This document shows positions 1 through 9,566 of a stretch of 64,000 nt of DNA, piece by piece. Below the pieces are notes generated by a model. It saw nothing but the letters and a program-made list of their open reading frames with translations. It was not told the origin of the DNA and did not search any database. The position numbers were made by a program, and so were the translations under genes. This DNA is from Candidatus Spongiisociaceae bacterium (lineage in GTDB: Bacteria > Actinomycetota > Acidimicrobiia > Spongiisociales > Spongiisociaceae). How positions within the stretch are numbered: the first letter of the stretch is position 1; each line of letters begins with the position of its first letter. The stretch lies in NCBI GenBank assembly GCA_965219685.1, contig CBDCOH010000002.1, forward strand, positions 2,560,001 to 2,624,000, read 5' to 3'.

Positions 1-864
1 CTGGTGAACGAGGCCCTGATCCTGGCCAAGCGGGATGACCGTGACAAGATCCGGTGGGAGGACATCTGGAAGGCCAAGACCCTGAAGGAGATGGGTCCTG
101 CGGAGGGTTTCGAGTACGTGGAGCGGGAGGAGTTTGCGGTAGCCATCCACGAGGCCAGCCATGCCGTCGCCGCCCACCTGCTGAAGGCCCACCACAACAT
201 CGATGTCGCCACGATCGAACGGCGGGGTGACGTGGGCGGGTTCGTCTCCTATATCGCCCTCGAGGACCGATTCGTCCAGTGGAAGACCGAGTTGGAGGTC
301 GACATCAAGGTGTCTCTCGCCAGCCTTGCCGGGGAGCGGATGTTCTTCGATGGCGACAACTCGATGGGAGTGGGGGGCGACCTACGCAACGGCACCACCA
401 TCGCCAGCCGCATGATCGGGGTGTGGGGTATGGGCGAGAACCTCGCCTCGAGTGCGGGCCTCCCCCAACACGCTCTCGATCAACCACCCGATCCCACCGG
501 TGAAATCGCGAAAGGCATGAACTCCCAGGTCGAACGCAGGCTCCGGCGCCTCTACGACGAGGTGTACGGGATGATCGAAGAGCACAAGAGCGCGGTGTTC
601 AACGTGGCGGCCCGCCTGCAGCAGAAGAAGACCATCTCGGGGGATGAGGTGGCCCGCATCATCGGCGTCGAGGCGGGAGCGGTCACCAAGCGGAAGCCGG
701 TCGGCTTCGCGGCGGTGAGCGTCGACGACTACCGCCACGCCCTCGGGACGGGAATCGGCTCGAATGGACCGGGATCGAACGGGCCGGGCATCGAGTCGAA
801 CGGACCGGGCATCGAGTCACGTGAACCGCGAGTCGGTTCATCGGGACGGCCGACCGAGCGGTAG
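1..864 (+). CDS. FtsH-like AAA protease, C-terminal peptidase M41 domain (5'-partial)
   Basis: AAA lid helix VNEALILA, zinc motif HEASH (HExxH), SLASLAGE and GVGGDL motifs of M41. The frame is open from the window start. Confidence 0.85.
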   Translation: MVNEALILAKRDDRDKIRWEDIWKAKTLKEMGPAEGFEYVEREEFAVAIHEASHAVAAHLLKAHHNIDVATIERRGDVGGFVSYIALEDRFVQWKTELEVDIKVSLASLAGERMFFDGDNSMGVGGDLRNGTTIASRMIGVWGMGENLASSAGLPQHALDQPPDPTGEIAKGMNSQVERRLRRLYDEVYGMIEEHKSAVFNVAARLQQKKTISGDEVARIIGVEAGAVTKRKPVGFAAVSVDDYRHALGTGIGSNGPGSNGPGIESNGPGIESREPRVGSSGRPTER

Positions 865-881
865 GGGTCCTTAGCCGACCA

Positions 882-3800
882 CTACCGGCCAGAGGTGGAT
901 CGGGTGGCTGCTCGTGACCCCACCGCCACAAGGCGGTCGCCGCCGCCCGCCGGATAGTCCGAAGCGGTTATCACCCCGCCCAGACCCTCGGAGATGTACC
1001 GGGCCAGCGCCTGGCGGTAGCTGACGCCCAGATTCGTGAACGGGAGGCCCGCCAACGGGTAACACTCGCCTCCGAGGGCCAGGAAGTCGAGGGTGGCGAT
1101 AACGACCGGGGCTCCGGGGACCACCTCCCCGTTCGCAACGATGATGGTTCCATCATTCAGAACCACCTCGCGCACCCGCGCACCCGGGTCACCGACGAGG
1201 GAGCAGTCCCGGTCCCTGGCAATCTCGCGGGCCGGGGCAGCCGGGTCGTAGTCGACCCTGAATCCCGAGATCTGCGGGAAATGGTCGCCGGCGTCGGGTA
1301 TCCGGTCGAGCGCCTGCTCGAGAAGGACGAGGAACACGTCGCGCGGGACGCTACCCACCGCCACGAAGCTGTCGAACGGGGCGATGTCCCAGGTGGTGGC
1401 GGTCGTTATGTCCCCGGCGGGAATCACCGAGTTGTTGCGGATGCTACCTGCGTGCTGGATGGCGACATCCGGGGGGTCACTCCCGAAGGCCTCCGCGAGT
1501 TGGGAGGCCGAGTTGAGCAGCGCGTCGGCCATCAGATTGCCGGCGTTGGTTGCAGCCGTACCCACCACCGAGACGCGACCGTCGAGCTCCACCTCCGTGA
1601 CACCTATGGCCCGGGCTTCGAAACGGCCGACCGCGGTTGCCAGGGGAACCACCACCTCGGCCTGGATACCGGGGTCGGGCGGCACATCGAGTCCCACCCC
1701 AACGGAACGTCCCTCAGCAGTCAGCACATTCCCCTCGGCATCGAAGGTGACTCTCAACTCTCCGATGCACCGGTACCAGCCCGGGACCGCCGCCAGCGGG
1801 ACCTCCCTCCCGGAACCGTCCTCCAGCCAGATCGGGTACGAGGCGAGCGCCTCCACCTCTTGGAGGCAACTGTCCCCCTCGTTGCGCAGCAGGTAGTTCC
1901 CGCCTCCGGACACGACCACATCCACCCCGGAGAGGCTCCCGGTGAACCGGGCTTCCTCGAAGAGGTCCTGGAGATTGGCGACCAAGAGGATCTTGTTGAT
2001 GCCGAGCTCCTCCAGGCGGGCGACCTCTGCCTGGACGGCCGGAAAGATCCTGGAGGCCTTGGCATTGCGGGGGCTCGAGATATCGGGCAACGCCGACGTG
2101 ACGACTCCGATCACTCCGATCAGTTCGCCACCGGCGTCGATCACGGTGCTACGAGCGATCAGGCCGCGGTCCACCAGGGACTGGAGCACGGGCTCCTGAG
2201 ATGCATCCAGGTTGGCGGCGAGGAACGGGATGGTCGGGACGAACCCTTCGACGAGCCGGCCCGCCACGTCCGGACCCAGATTGAAGTCACCACTGCCTAG
2301 TCCGATCGCGTCGTACAGGCCGCTCAGGGCGACCGAGTCGTAAAGGGGATCTCCTCGCTCCAGGGCGACCTCGAGTTCCGGAGAAGCCTGGATGTTGTCC
2401 CCAGAACCGAGCGTCACTAGCCCGTCACCCGGAGCGTCGGCCTGTAGTTGCTTCATGACGGTGACGAAGCGGGCGGCGCCGGGAACCGAGCCCTCGTCCG
2501 GAAGCAATCTCGACTCGCCGGCGCTGCTGTGCAGGATCGTGAGCACGAATCCGTCGGCCTCGTCGCCCTCGATAACTTCCTCGCCTGCCACCGCCGGCGG
2601 CAGCCCGGCGCCGGCGGTTCCGTCGGTCGGCGTGTAGCGGCATCCCCGGGCGATGGACCTGACCGGCAGGGGCTGGTACACATCGACCAGGGAAACCTCG
2701 TCGGCGCGAATCTGCACCAGGTGCCTTCCGTCCCCGACCGGAGTCACCGTCACCAGGTCGGACTCGCTTTCCGGAGGGACCGGCCATACGAAGTTGTGAT
2801 CGCCCGTGGTCAGGTTCCAGACAGCCACCCCGGTACCGTCGAGTTCGGCAACGTACAGCATCGAGTCGTCGTCGTGCCAGCCGGTCACACCGGACGTCGG
2901 TATGAAACGGTCGATTCCCGGTGGGCCCACCACGCCCTCCCCCTGCTCGTCCAGCAGGTAGTACGTGAGCACCGCCGACCTGTCACCGGTCTCCGGATCC
3001 TGTTCGACCAGTGACACCAGGGCCCGGGCGCCGGAGGGGCTCCGGTAACCCTCGACCGGGATCAGTTCCTGGCCGGATGGCGAGCGCCCCAGAGGCCGGG
3101 TCCAGACCACCGACCCCTCGACCGGATCGACCGCGTGGATGGCGAAGGAGTCGAAGTCGCCCTGCGTCACCGTTCCGGCTACCAGCACAAGGTCCCCTAC
3201 GGAGGTCAGAGCAGTCTCGAAGCCGCCTACCAGCACCTGCAGCGGCCCGGCAGTGCCCTCGATCAGCACCGGCCCGGGATCGATCGGGATCGACACCCCA
3301 TCGGCCAACCTCATTAGGGCCGGTGTCACTCCCGCCGAGACCGCATAGAGCTCCGAATCGAGCGCTACGGCCCGAACCCCTTCCACTCCCGCGAACGGCA
3401 CCCACGACGCGGCCAGCGGAGAGTGCCGGTACATCGCGCCGTCCAAGACGACCGGATCACCGGACTGATCCGGCGAGGCGGAGGCCGGAAGCTCCGCAGG
3501 CCGCACGACCCGCAGTCTCGTCTCGGGAACGATGCCGACGATGCCCCGCAGGGGATCCTCGGGAACCCCCGTGAGCTCGACCTCCAACTCGAAGGGACGC
3601 CCTGCCCGCCAACCTGCCATCCGCAGTGATTCCCCGGGCGCCAGTCCTGTCAGCAGGCTCAACAGTGCCTCGCGCGAGCCCGTCGGAACGCCGTCGACCG
3701 AGGTTATGACATCGCCCGCGCGGAGCACTCCGAAAGCCTTGGTCCCCTCGAACACCTGCAAGACCCTGACCCCGTCCCCGACCGCCAGGAAGCACCCGGC

Positions 3801-3962
3801 GGCATCGGGAAACAGCGTGGCCATGTCGGTCGGGTTGACCCAGTCGGGCACGACCTCCGACGGAAGGTCAAAGGTCGGGGACTCGGGGACGGACTCGGAA
3901 CAAGCCCATCCGATCACTGCGAGCAGGAGAAGGGAGGCAAGAGCCCGGAAGCGCTGCATCAC
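882..3962 (-). CDS. Putative lipoprotein: PDZ domain + beta-propeller-like region + degenerate 5'-nucleotidase (metallophosphoesterase and C-terminal domains)
   Basis: Signal peptide ending GWAC, PDZ motif LRAGDVITSVDG, C-terminal 5'-nucleotidase motifs GNLMADALL, AGSIRN, APFD and FPQISG. Start placed at GTG 3962 because TAGCCT lies 6 nt upstream (the track uses ATG 3968). Confidence 0.8.
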   Translation of the reverse strand: MMQRFRALASLLLLAVIGWACSESVPESPTFDLPSEVVPDWVNPTDMATLFPDAAGCFLAVGDGVRVLQVFEGTKAFGVLRAGDVITSVDGVPTGSREALLSLLTGLAPGESLRMAGWRAGRPFELEVELTGVPEDPLRGIVGIVPETRLRVVRPAELPASASPDQSGDPVVLDGAMYRHSPLAASWVPFAGVEGVRAVALDSELYAVSAGVTPALMRLADGVSIPIDPGPVLIEGTAGPLQVLVGGFETALTSVGDLVLVAGTVTQGDFDSFAIHAVDPVEGSVVWTRPLGRSPSGQELIPVEGYRSPSGARALVSLVEQDPETGDRSAVLTYYLLDEQGEGVVGPPGIDRFIPTSGVTGWHDDDSMLYVAELDGTGVAVWNLTTGDHNFVWPVPPESESDLVTVTPVGDGRHLVQIRADEVSLVDVYQPLPVRSIARGCRYTPTDGTAGAGLPPAVAGEEVIEGDEADGFVLTILHSSAGESRLLPDEGSVPGAARFVTVMKQLQADAPGDGLVTLGSGDNIQASPELEVALERGDPLYDSVALSGLYDAIGLGSGDFNLGPDVAGRLVEGFVPTIPFLAANLDASQEPVLQSLVDRGLIARSTVIDAGGELIGVIGVVTSALPDISSPRNAKASRIFPAVQAEVARLEELGINKILLVANLQDLFEEARFTGSLSGVDVVVSGGGNYLLRNEGDSCLQEVEALASYPIWLEDGSGREVPLAAVPGWYRCIGELRVTFDAEGNVLTAEGRSVGVGLDVPPDPGIQAEVVVPLATAVGRFEARAIGVTEVELDGRVSVVGTAATNAGNLMADALLNSASQLAEAFGSDPPDVAIQHAGSIRNNSVIPAGDITTATTWDIAPFDSFVAVGSVPRDVFLVLLEQALDRIPDAGDHFPQISGFRVDYDPAAPAREIARDRDCSLVGDPGARVREVVLNDGTIIVANGEVVPGAPVVIATLDFLALGGECYPLAGLPFTNLGVSYRQALARYISEGLGGVITASDYPAGGGDRLVAVGSRAATRSTSGR

Positions 3963-4049
3963 CCCCATAGGCTACGCCATATCGCGGTCAAAGAGTGGTG
4001 GACGTCCGCCAGTGGGGTCTTGAGGGGAGGGTGACCGGACGATCCTTCT

Positions 4050-4484
4050 TCAACCCTCGGTGTCGAGATCGTCGACGGCGAATATGTATTCGGCGACCGG
4101 ACGGCCACCCACCAGGTGCTCCTCGATGATGCGGTCCAGAACCTCCCCCGACACCGAGTGGTACCAGACCCCGTCGGGGTACACCACCGCGATGGGACCC
4201 TGCTCGCACACCCGCAGGCAGTCCACCTTCGACCTGAGGACGGTTCCCGTTCCCGGGTCGGCCGGTATGGGAGGCCGGTCGAAGTTGCCCCGCCAGTGAG
4301 GTGGCGCCGAGGCCAGGTCGAGTGCCTTGGTAGCCGACTTCAGCTGTCTCCAGGCGGCCAAGCCCTCCTCGTACGTCGAGCATCGCGGGTTCCGCTGCTG
4401 AGCGCACAGGAAAATGTGCCGCTGGAGACCTCCGATCGACAAGCCTTGCGCGATTCCGTGCAGACGTTCCAGCCGTTCTGTCAT
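4050..4484 (-). CDS. Thioredoxin-like [2Fe-2S] ferredoxin
   Basis: HIFLC...C...[21 protein letters not shown]...IIEEHL.GGRPV signature. ATGA overlap with the selD stop. Confidence 0.9.
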   Translation of the reverse strand: MTERLERLHGIAQGLSIGGLQRHIFLCAQQRNPRCSTYEEGLAAWRQLKSATKALDLASAPPHWRGNFDRPPIPADPGTGTVLRSKVDCLRVCEQGPIAVVYPDGVWYHSVSGEVLDRIIEEHLVGGRPVAEYIFAVDDLDTEG

Positions 4485-5524
4485 GAGACCTCGATCCCCG
4501 GGTTTCGGTCGGTGGCCGCGAACTCGCCGATGACTGTCGTCGCCGGCGCCACGGATGCCACCTGTTCAAGGAGATCTTCAAGTATCCCGGGGGGAACGGC
4601 CATCAGCAAACCCCCGCTGGTCTGCGCGTCGGCCAGGATCTGCAGAACGGTCTCGCCGACCCGGCTCGTAACCATGGGCGCGACCGACCGCAGGTTGCGG
4701 GAACTCCCTCCCGGGTATACCCCCGCCTCCACCAGTCCGGACACACCGTCGAGTACCGGAACTGCGGAAGCGTCCACCCGCGCCGAGACATCCGATGCGT
4801 TCACGATCTCACGCAGGTGACCGAGCAGCCCGTAGCCGGTCACATCGGTGGCGCACCGCACACCGGCCTCCACCATCAGCCTGGATACGGGCCCGTTGAG
4901 GGTCGCCATGACCGACACGGCCTCGTCACGCAGGCTCCGTCCGACCACCCGGCGCTTCAGGCCGGTGATGATAACACCCGTGCCCAGAGGCTTGGTGAGC
5001 ACGATCAGGTCGCCGGGACGGGCCGCGGCATTGGTTGTCATGACCGCAGGATCCACCATCCCGGTGACGGCGAATCCGTAGAGCGGGACCTGCCCGTCGA
5101 TGGAGTGACCGCCGGCGATGGTTGTTTCGGCCTCGACCATGACATCGGCCCCGCCCGCCATCACGTCGGCCGCCAGATCCAGTGGAAGATCGGAGCGCGG
5201 CCATGCCACCAACTGCAGTGCGGTAACCGGGCGTCCCCCCATCGCATACACGTCGGAGAGGGCGTTGGCAGCGGCGATCCGGCCCCAGTCGTAGGGTTCG
5301 TCCACTATCGGGGCGAAGAAGTCCACGGTCTGGACGAGGGCGCGGCCGGGGTCGACCCGGAACACACCCGCGTCGTCAGACGTGGCCACACCTACCAGCA
5401 GGTCCGGATGGGATGTGGATGGATGGCTTGTGAAGGGGCGCAGGACCTGCGCCAACTCGTCGGGGCCGAGCTTGCTGGCTCAGCCGGCGCCCGGGGAGAA
5501 GGACGTCAACCGCATCTCCGGCAC
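4481..5524 (-). CDS. selD: Selenide, water dikinase (selenophosphate synthetase) with in-frame UGA read as selenocysteine
   Basis: [34 protein letters not shown] and DAQTSGGLL motifs. The frame extends upstream through TGA (5480-5482) to GTG 5524, which has an AAAGGAGG RBS, giving [19 protein letters not shown]. Confidence 0.93.
5451..5479 (-). promoter_or_regulatory. Putative bacterial SECIS hairpin immediately 3' of the selD UGA
   Basis: GCCAG-CAAG-CUCG-GCCCCGA-CGAG-UUGGC can pair as GCCAG/UUGGC plus CUCG/CGAG right after the UGA. Folded by eye. Confidence 0.55.
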
Positions 5525-5668
5525 AGGTCACCTCCTTTCGCGGTCCGTCGTCGAGGTGCTTGCTTGATCCCCGGAGAGTCTGGCACAAAGCACCCGCCCG
5601 ACCGCAAGCATCGGTCCTCGCATGATCGTTGCCGCCGAAGGTCCACGGCGCGGGTATCCTCGCGCGTC

Positions 5669-6157
5669 ATGAATACCCCGACCACGTGGCTGACCACGGA
5701 CGCCTATCGCAGACTCCAGGAGGAGTACAACACGCTCACCACCGACGGCCGTCTCCGTATAGCCGACCGCCTGGCCGAGGCGCGCGCCCATGGAGACATC
5801 CGGGAGAACGCCGACTACGACGCCGCCAAGACCGAGCAGGGTCTGATGGAAGCCCGGATCCGGAAGCTCCGCCACCTGCTCGACAATGCGGTCGTCGGGG
5901 ACACCGAGAGTGACCAGCACGACGACGGGACCGTCCGGATCGGATCCGTGGTTACGTTGCGAGACGAGTACGGGGACGAGGACGAGTACTTCGTCGCCAT
6001 ACCCGAGAACAAGGTGCCGGGATACCTGCTCGCCTCCCCGGCAGGACCCCTCGGCACCGCCCTGATCGGAGCCTCGGTCGGCGATGAAGTGTCATACCAG
6101 GCGCCGGGAGGAGCTTTTTCGGTAAAGGTGATCGCCGTCCGACCCTTCGCAGACTGA
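5669..6157 (+). CDS. greA: Transcription elongation factor GreA
   Basis: ARAHGDIRENADYDAAK and SPAGPLGTALIG motifs. Start at ATG 5669 (TATCCT 8 nt upstream), not 4817. Confidence 0.95.
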   Translation: MNTPTTWLTTDAYRRLQEEYNTLTTDGRLRIADRLAEARAHGDIRENADYDAAKTEQGLMEARIRKLRHLLDNAVVGDTESDQHDDGTVRIGSVVTLRDEYGDEDEYFVAIPENKVPGYLLASPAGPLGTALIGASVGDEVSYQAPGGAFSVKVIAVRPFAD

Positions 6158-6163
6158 GAGATC

Positions 6164-6890
6164 GTGCCGAGCCGCACGTATCACCGGACACATCAATGGT
6201 TGACAATCAGGTCCGATCCCGCCGAGTTGCCGCCGGATGCCTGGATGAATCTCGGCGAGGCGGTTGTGAAGTTGCAGTGGATCGACAGTTCCTCAATGCG
6301 GTCCGCAGTGAACAGTCCACGATCGGCACCGTTTGATCGTAGACAAGCCCGGACGAGATGACGTCGACGTGACACTCCCATGCGATCCGCATCTGCAACA
6401 TCGTCGTCGGCAACGGCCCTGACGGCGGCTCGGTCGACGGCGAGTTCCGCATTGGAGGCAAGGTGGGAGGACCACCTCGGTCCCTCTCCGGAGGACTGCA
6501 ACTATCTGCTGGGACGCCTATGCGACTGGATCAACGGTCCCGACTTCGCGGTCGATCACAACGATCCGGATTCCCATTTCAAACCGATCGCCAAGGCGTT
6601 GGTCGCCCATCGCTTCCTGGCCTCCATCCACCCGTTCGCCGACGATAACGGCAGAACAGCGAGGCTCCTGGCGTCCCGATTGCGGGCGAGGCGGCATCCC
6701 GAACGCGACCTGCTACATCCTGGCGAACCACCACAACCGGACCATCACGGAGAACAGCCGGGTGCCCCCGCGATTCGGTCGGGTCGGGCCGAGTGGGATT
6801 GGGAACTTCCTCTCCTATGCCCTGAAGGCCTTGACGGAGGAACCGGACGAAGTGGTCGCCTGGGTCGTCACCGACCACCAACTGATCTAG
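6164..6890 (+). pseudogene. Fic-domain protein pseudogene
   Basis: Fic motif HPFADDNGRTARLL (G to D versus HPFxDGNGR). The coding signal is split across several frames by stops, frameshifts and probable deletions. Confidence 0.75.
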
Positions 6891-7333
6891 GAGGGGTCCC
6901 GGTTCCGGGACTGCTTCCAGTTCCCGGACCGTGGCGACTGGTCCCGTTCGGATAGGTCGGGCGGCCCGAGACCGCGAAAATCGCCGGACCGGACCCCTCC
7001 GGCGGGCCCACCCCCGACCGCCACCTCCTCGACTTCCGAACGCGTCCCGCCATCCCGCAGCGGAGGGTCGGCACAGACAGCATGATCCCTGCCCCGGTCC
7101 GGTCGGTACCGTACTCGGACCGGTGGTGTTTACGGCTACTTACCAGTATGCAACGGGGGTGTGACACGGACAACCCCCATGTTGCAGGAGACCGCGCTGA
7201 TCGTAGACCGGGCAGGTCCTGAACACGGTTGACCGCCCGGCCTATCAGGAGGGGGGCCGAGATGTCGCAGGAGTTGAATCAGGACGACCAATCGGTTAGA
7301 TAGCCTGGCATCGGCGAAGAGGAAGGAATCGCG

Positions 7334-8716
7334 GTGAGGATAAGGCTGCTGCGGCCTCGAGAGTTCGCCCAGCGCCTGCGCAGCGCGGCCCGAGTGCAGC
7401 CCGAGGCGGTCGAGGAGTACCTCGGCTCCCACACGGCCGAGTGGGAGGCGCTGGCGGCCGCCGATCCGCACGATGCCGCCGACATCCTCGAGGAACTGGG
7501 CGCGGAAGCAGCATCCGATCTCCTGGCCGAACTCGACCCGGCTCCGGCCGCCGGAATCCTCGACGAGATCCGCCCGGAGGTCGGAGCGGAACTGCTCGAG
7601 GACTTGGCACCCGATCGTTCCTCCGAGTTGATCGAGGCGATGGACGCCGATATGGCGGCCGATCTGATCGGGGAGTTGGACGCCAAGGACCGGGAAACGC
7701 TTCTCGCCAACCTGGATCCGGACATCGCCCACGAGCTTCTTGCCCTTCTGCAGCATGCCCCCGACTCGGCCGGTGGTCTGATGACCACCGACGTGGCGGT
7801 CCTCCAGATAGGAATAACCGCCGGGGAAGCCATCGAACGCCTACGCCAACTTCACGACCAGATAGGCGACCTTTCCTACGTGTACGTGGTCGACCACCAG
7901 CGTCACCTGATGGGCGTGGTCTCCTTCCGCGATCTGGTGTTCGCTCGCCCGGGTGTCGGCCTCGACGAGACGATGGCCCACCGGCCCGTAGCGGTGCGCC
8001 CGGACACCGACCGCGAGGAGGTCGCGGAACTGGCCCAACGCTACGGCCTGTTCGGCCTGCCGGTGGTGGACCACTCTGGGGTGCTGATCGGGATGGTTGC
8101 GCACGAGGCGGTCGTCGACTCGGTCCAGGCCGAGGCGTCCGAGGACTTCGCCGCCGCCATGGGCGCCGGTCCCGAGGAAACGGTCTTCACGCCGGTGCTC
8201 CGCGCCGTCGCCATGCGACTGCCGTGGATGGTGGTCAACCTGGCGATGGCGGTCGTCGTGGCGCTGGTGATCGAGCGCCAGACCGACGTAATCGATGACA
8301 TCGGCCCGATCCTGGCCGCGTTGATGCCGGTGGTGGCCTTGATCGGGGGAAACGCCGGCGCCCAGAGCCTGGCGGTGGTGATCAGGTCGATGGCGATCGA
8401 CCGTATCGCACCCAGCCGGGTAGGACAGGTCCTGGTGCATCAGGTGGCGATCGGACTCATCAACTCGATTCCTATAGGGATCCTCGCGGCTGCGGTCGGC
8501 ATGGCGTTCGGCGGGAGCCTGCTCTTCGGAGTGACGATGGGCACGGCGACGGTAGCCAACCTCGCGATCGGTACTCTGGCAGGGACCGGCATACCCTTGT
8601 TCCTGCGGCGCATCGGCCTCGATCCCGCCCTGGCCTCGAATATCTTCCTGACCCTGGTGACCGACGTGGTCGGCTTCGGGGGATTCCTGCTGGTTGCCAC
8701 GCTCATGCTTCGCTAG
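7334..8716 (+). CDS. mgtE: Magnesium transporter MgtE
   Basis: Acidic N-domain, SAGGLMT plus CBS pair, RLPW, GGNAGAQS, DPALAS and TLVTDVVG motifs. Confidence 0.95.
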   Translation: MRIRLLRPREFAQRLRSAARVQPEAVEEYLGSHTAEWEALAAADPHDAADILEELGAEAASDLLAELDPAPAAGILDEIRPEVGAELLEDLAPDRSSELIEAMDADMAADLIGELDAKDRETLLANLDPDIAHELLALLQHAPDSAGGLMTTDVAVLQIGITAGEAIERLRQLHDQIGDLSYVYVVDHQRHLMGVVSFRDLVFARPGVGLDETMAHRPVAVRPDTDREEVAELAQRYGLFGLPVVDHSGVLIGMVAHEAVVDSVQAEASEDFAAAMGAGPEETVFTPVLRAVAMRLPWMVVNLAMAVVVALVIERQTDVIDDIGPILAALMPVVALIGGNAGAQSLAVVIRSMAIDRIAPSRVGQVLVHQVAIGLINSIPIGILAAAVGMAFGGSLLFGVTMGTATVANLAIGTLAGTGIPLFLRRIGLDPALASNIFLTLVTDVVGFGGFLLVATLMLR

Positions 8717-8719
8717 ATG

Positions 8720-8792
8720 ATTAGTTCCAGTTGGTAGTTGGTAGTCAGTAGTTGGTAACCGGCACTTACCAAATAACAAAATAACAAATAGT
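8720..8792. repeat. Degenerate heptamer repeats (AGTTGGT-type, then AAATAAC-type) around a TTGGTAA/TTACCAA hairpin between convergent genes
   Basis: AT-rich island with 7-nt periodicity. Perfect 7-bp stem at 8752-8758/8766-8772. Confidence 0.7.
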
Positions 8793-8803
8793 TTCGATGC
8801 GGC

Positions 8804-9376
8804 CTACGAACCGACGGTCAAGCCCGGGAAGTCGGCGTACGGTCCATAGAAGGTGACCTCCACACCGCTCTCGATCCGCAGGAAGGTATGGGCATCGAGG
8901 CGGGCCTGTTGCTCATCGGTTCGTTCCTCGAGCACCGCAAGATCCGCCACATCCCGATCATCCACCACGATCGCCGCGCTGGGCGTGAACCGTTCGACGA
9001 TGTCATGCACGAGGTTCTCCAATTGCACATTGGAATAGGTTCCCGGCTCAACCACGATCACGAGGGTCTCGCGGTCGTCCTCGATCATCCGGTGAACCAC
9101 TTCGTAGCTCGGCAAGCCTGCAACCACCTCAGTGGTGGCGACCGCTGTGGTCTCCGCGGGCTCCTCCGGCGCAGCGTCCGCATCCGGCTCGGCTGGTTCA
9201 GAAGCAACAGTGGTATCGCCGGCGGAACCGCCGACGTCGTCCGCCGCCGAACTGGTCGTAGCGGTAGTTGCAGCCGGCGTCACGGTTGTCTCGGGCGACT
9301 CTTCACCATCCCGATTGCAGGCCACGAGCAGGATTGCAGCGGCCAGAAACAGTCCGATCAGCGCTACAGGCCTCAT
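8804..9376 (-). CDS. Hypothetical lipoprotein with Thr/Ala/Glu-rich linker
   Basis: MRPVALIGLFLAAAILLVAC lipobox, a low-complexity linker, then a globular C-terminal domain. Confidence 0.75.
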   Translation of the reverse strand: MRPVALIGLFLAAAILLVACNRDGEESPETTVTPAATTATTSSAADDVGGSAGDTTVASEPAEPDADAAPEEPAETTAVATTEVVAGLPSYEVVHRMIEDDRETLVIVVEPGTYSNVQLENLVHDIVERFTPSAAIVVDDRDVADLAVLEERTDEQQARLDAHTFLRIESGVEVTFYGPYADFPGLTVGS

Positions 9377-9566
9377 CAGCACCCCTGTCTCCATCCATTT
9401 GGACGGCCGTTCCCATGAGGGTACTGCTTCGCAGCCTCTACCGTGTTCATTCGGTCGTCGACGGCGACCGGGAGAGGCCTCCCCGCCGCCTCGACTGCGC
9501 AAGTGCCCTGGAGCGAGCGTCTGAGGCGGGACGCTAGGGTTCTCTCAGTTCCGGAGAGAGGATGCG

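Noticed and set aside
5545-5645. Glycine-riboswitch-like words GGAGAG...CGCCGAAGG between selD and greA
   Set aside because: The CTCTCAGG element is missing and the context is wrong. A TGCTTGC/GCAAGCA stem is present but is not enough.
4817-5668. Long N-terminal extension of GreA
   Set aside because: Antisense shadow of selD. GreA homology starts at 5669.
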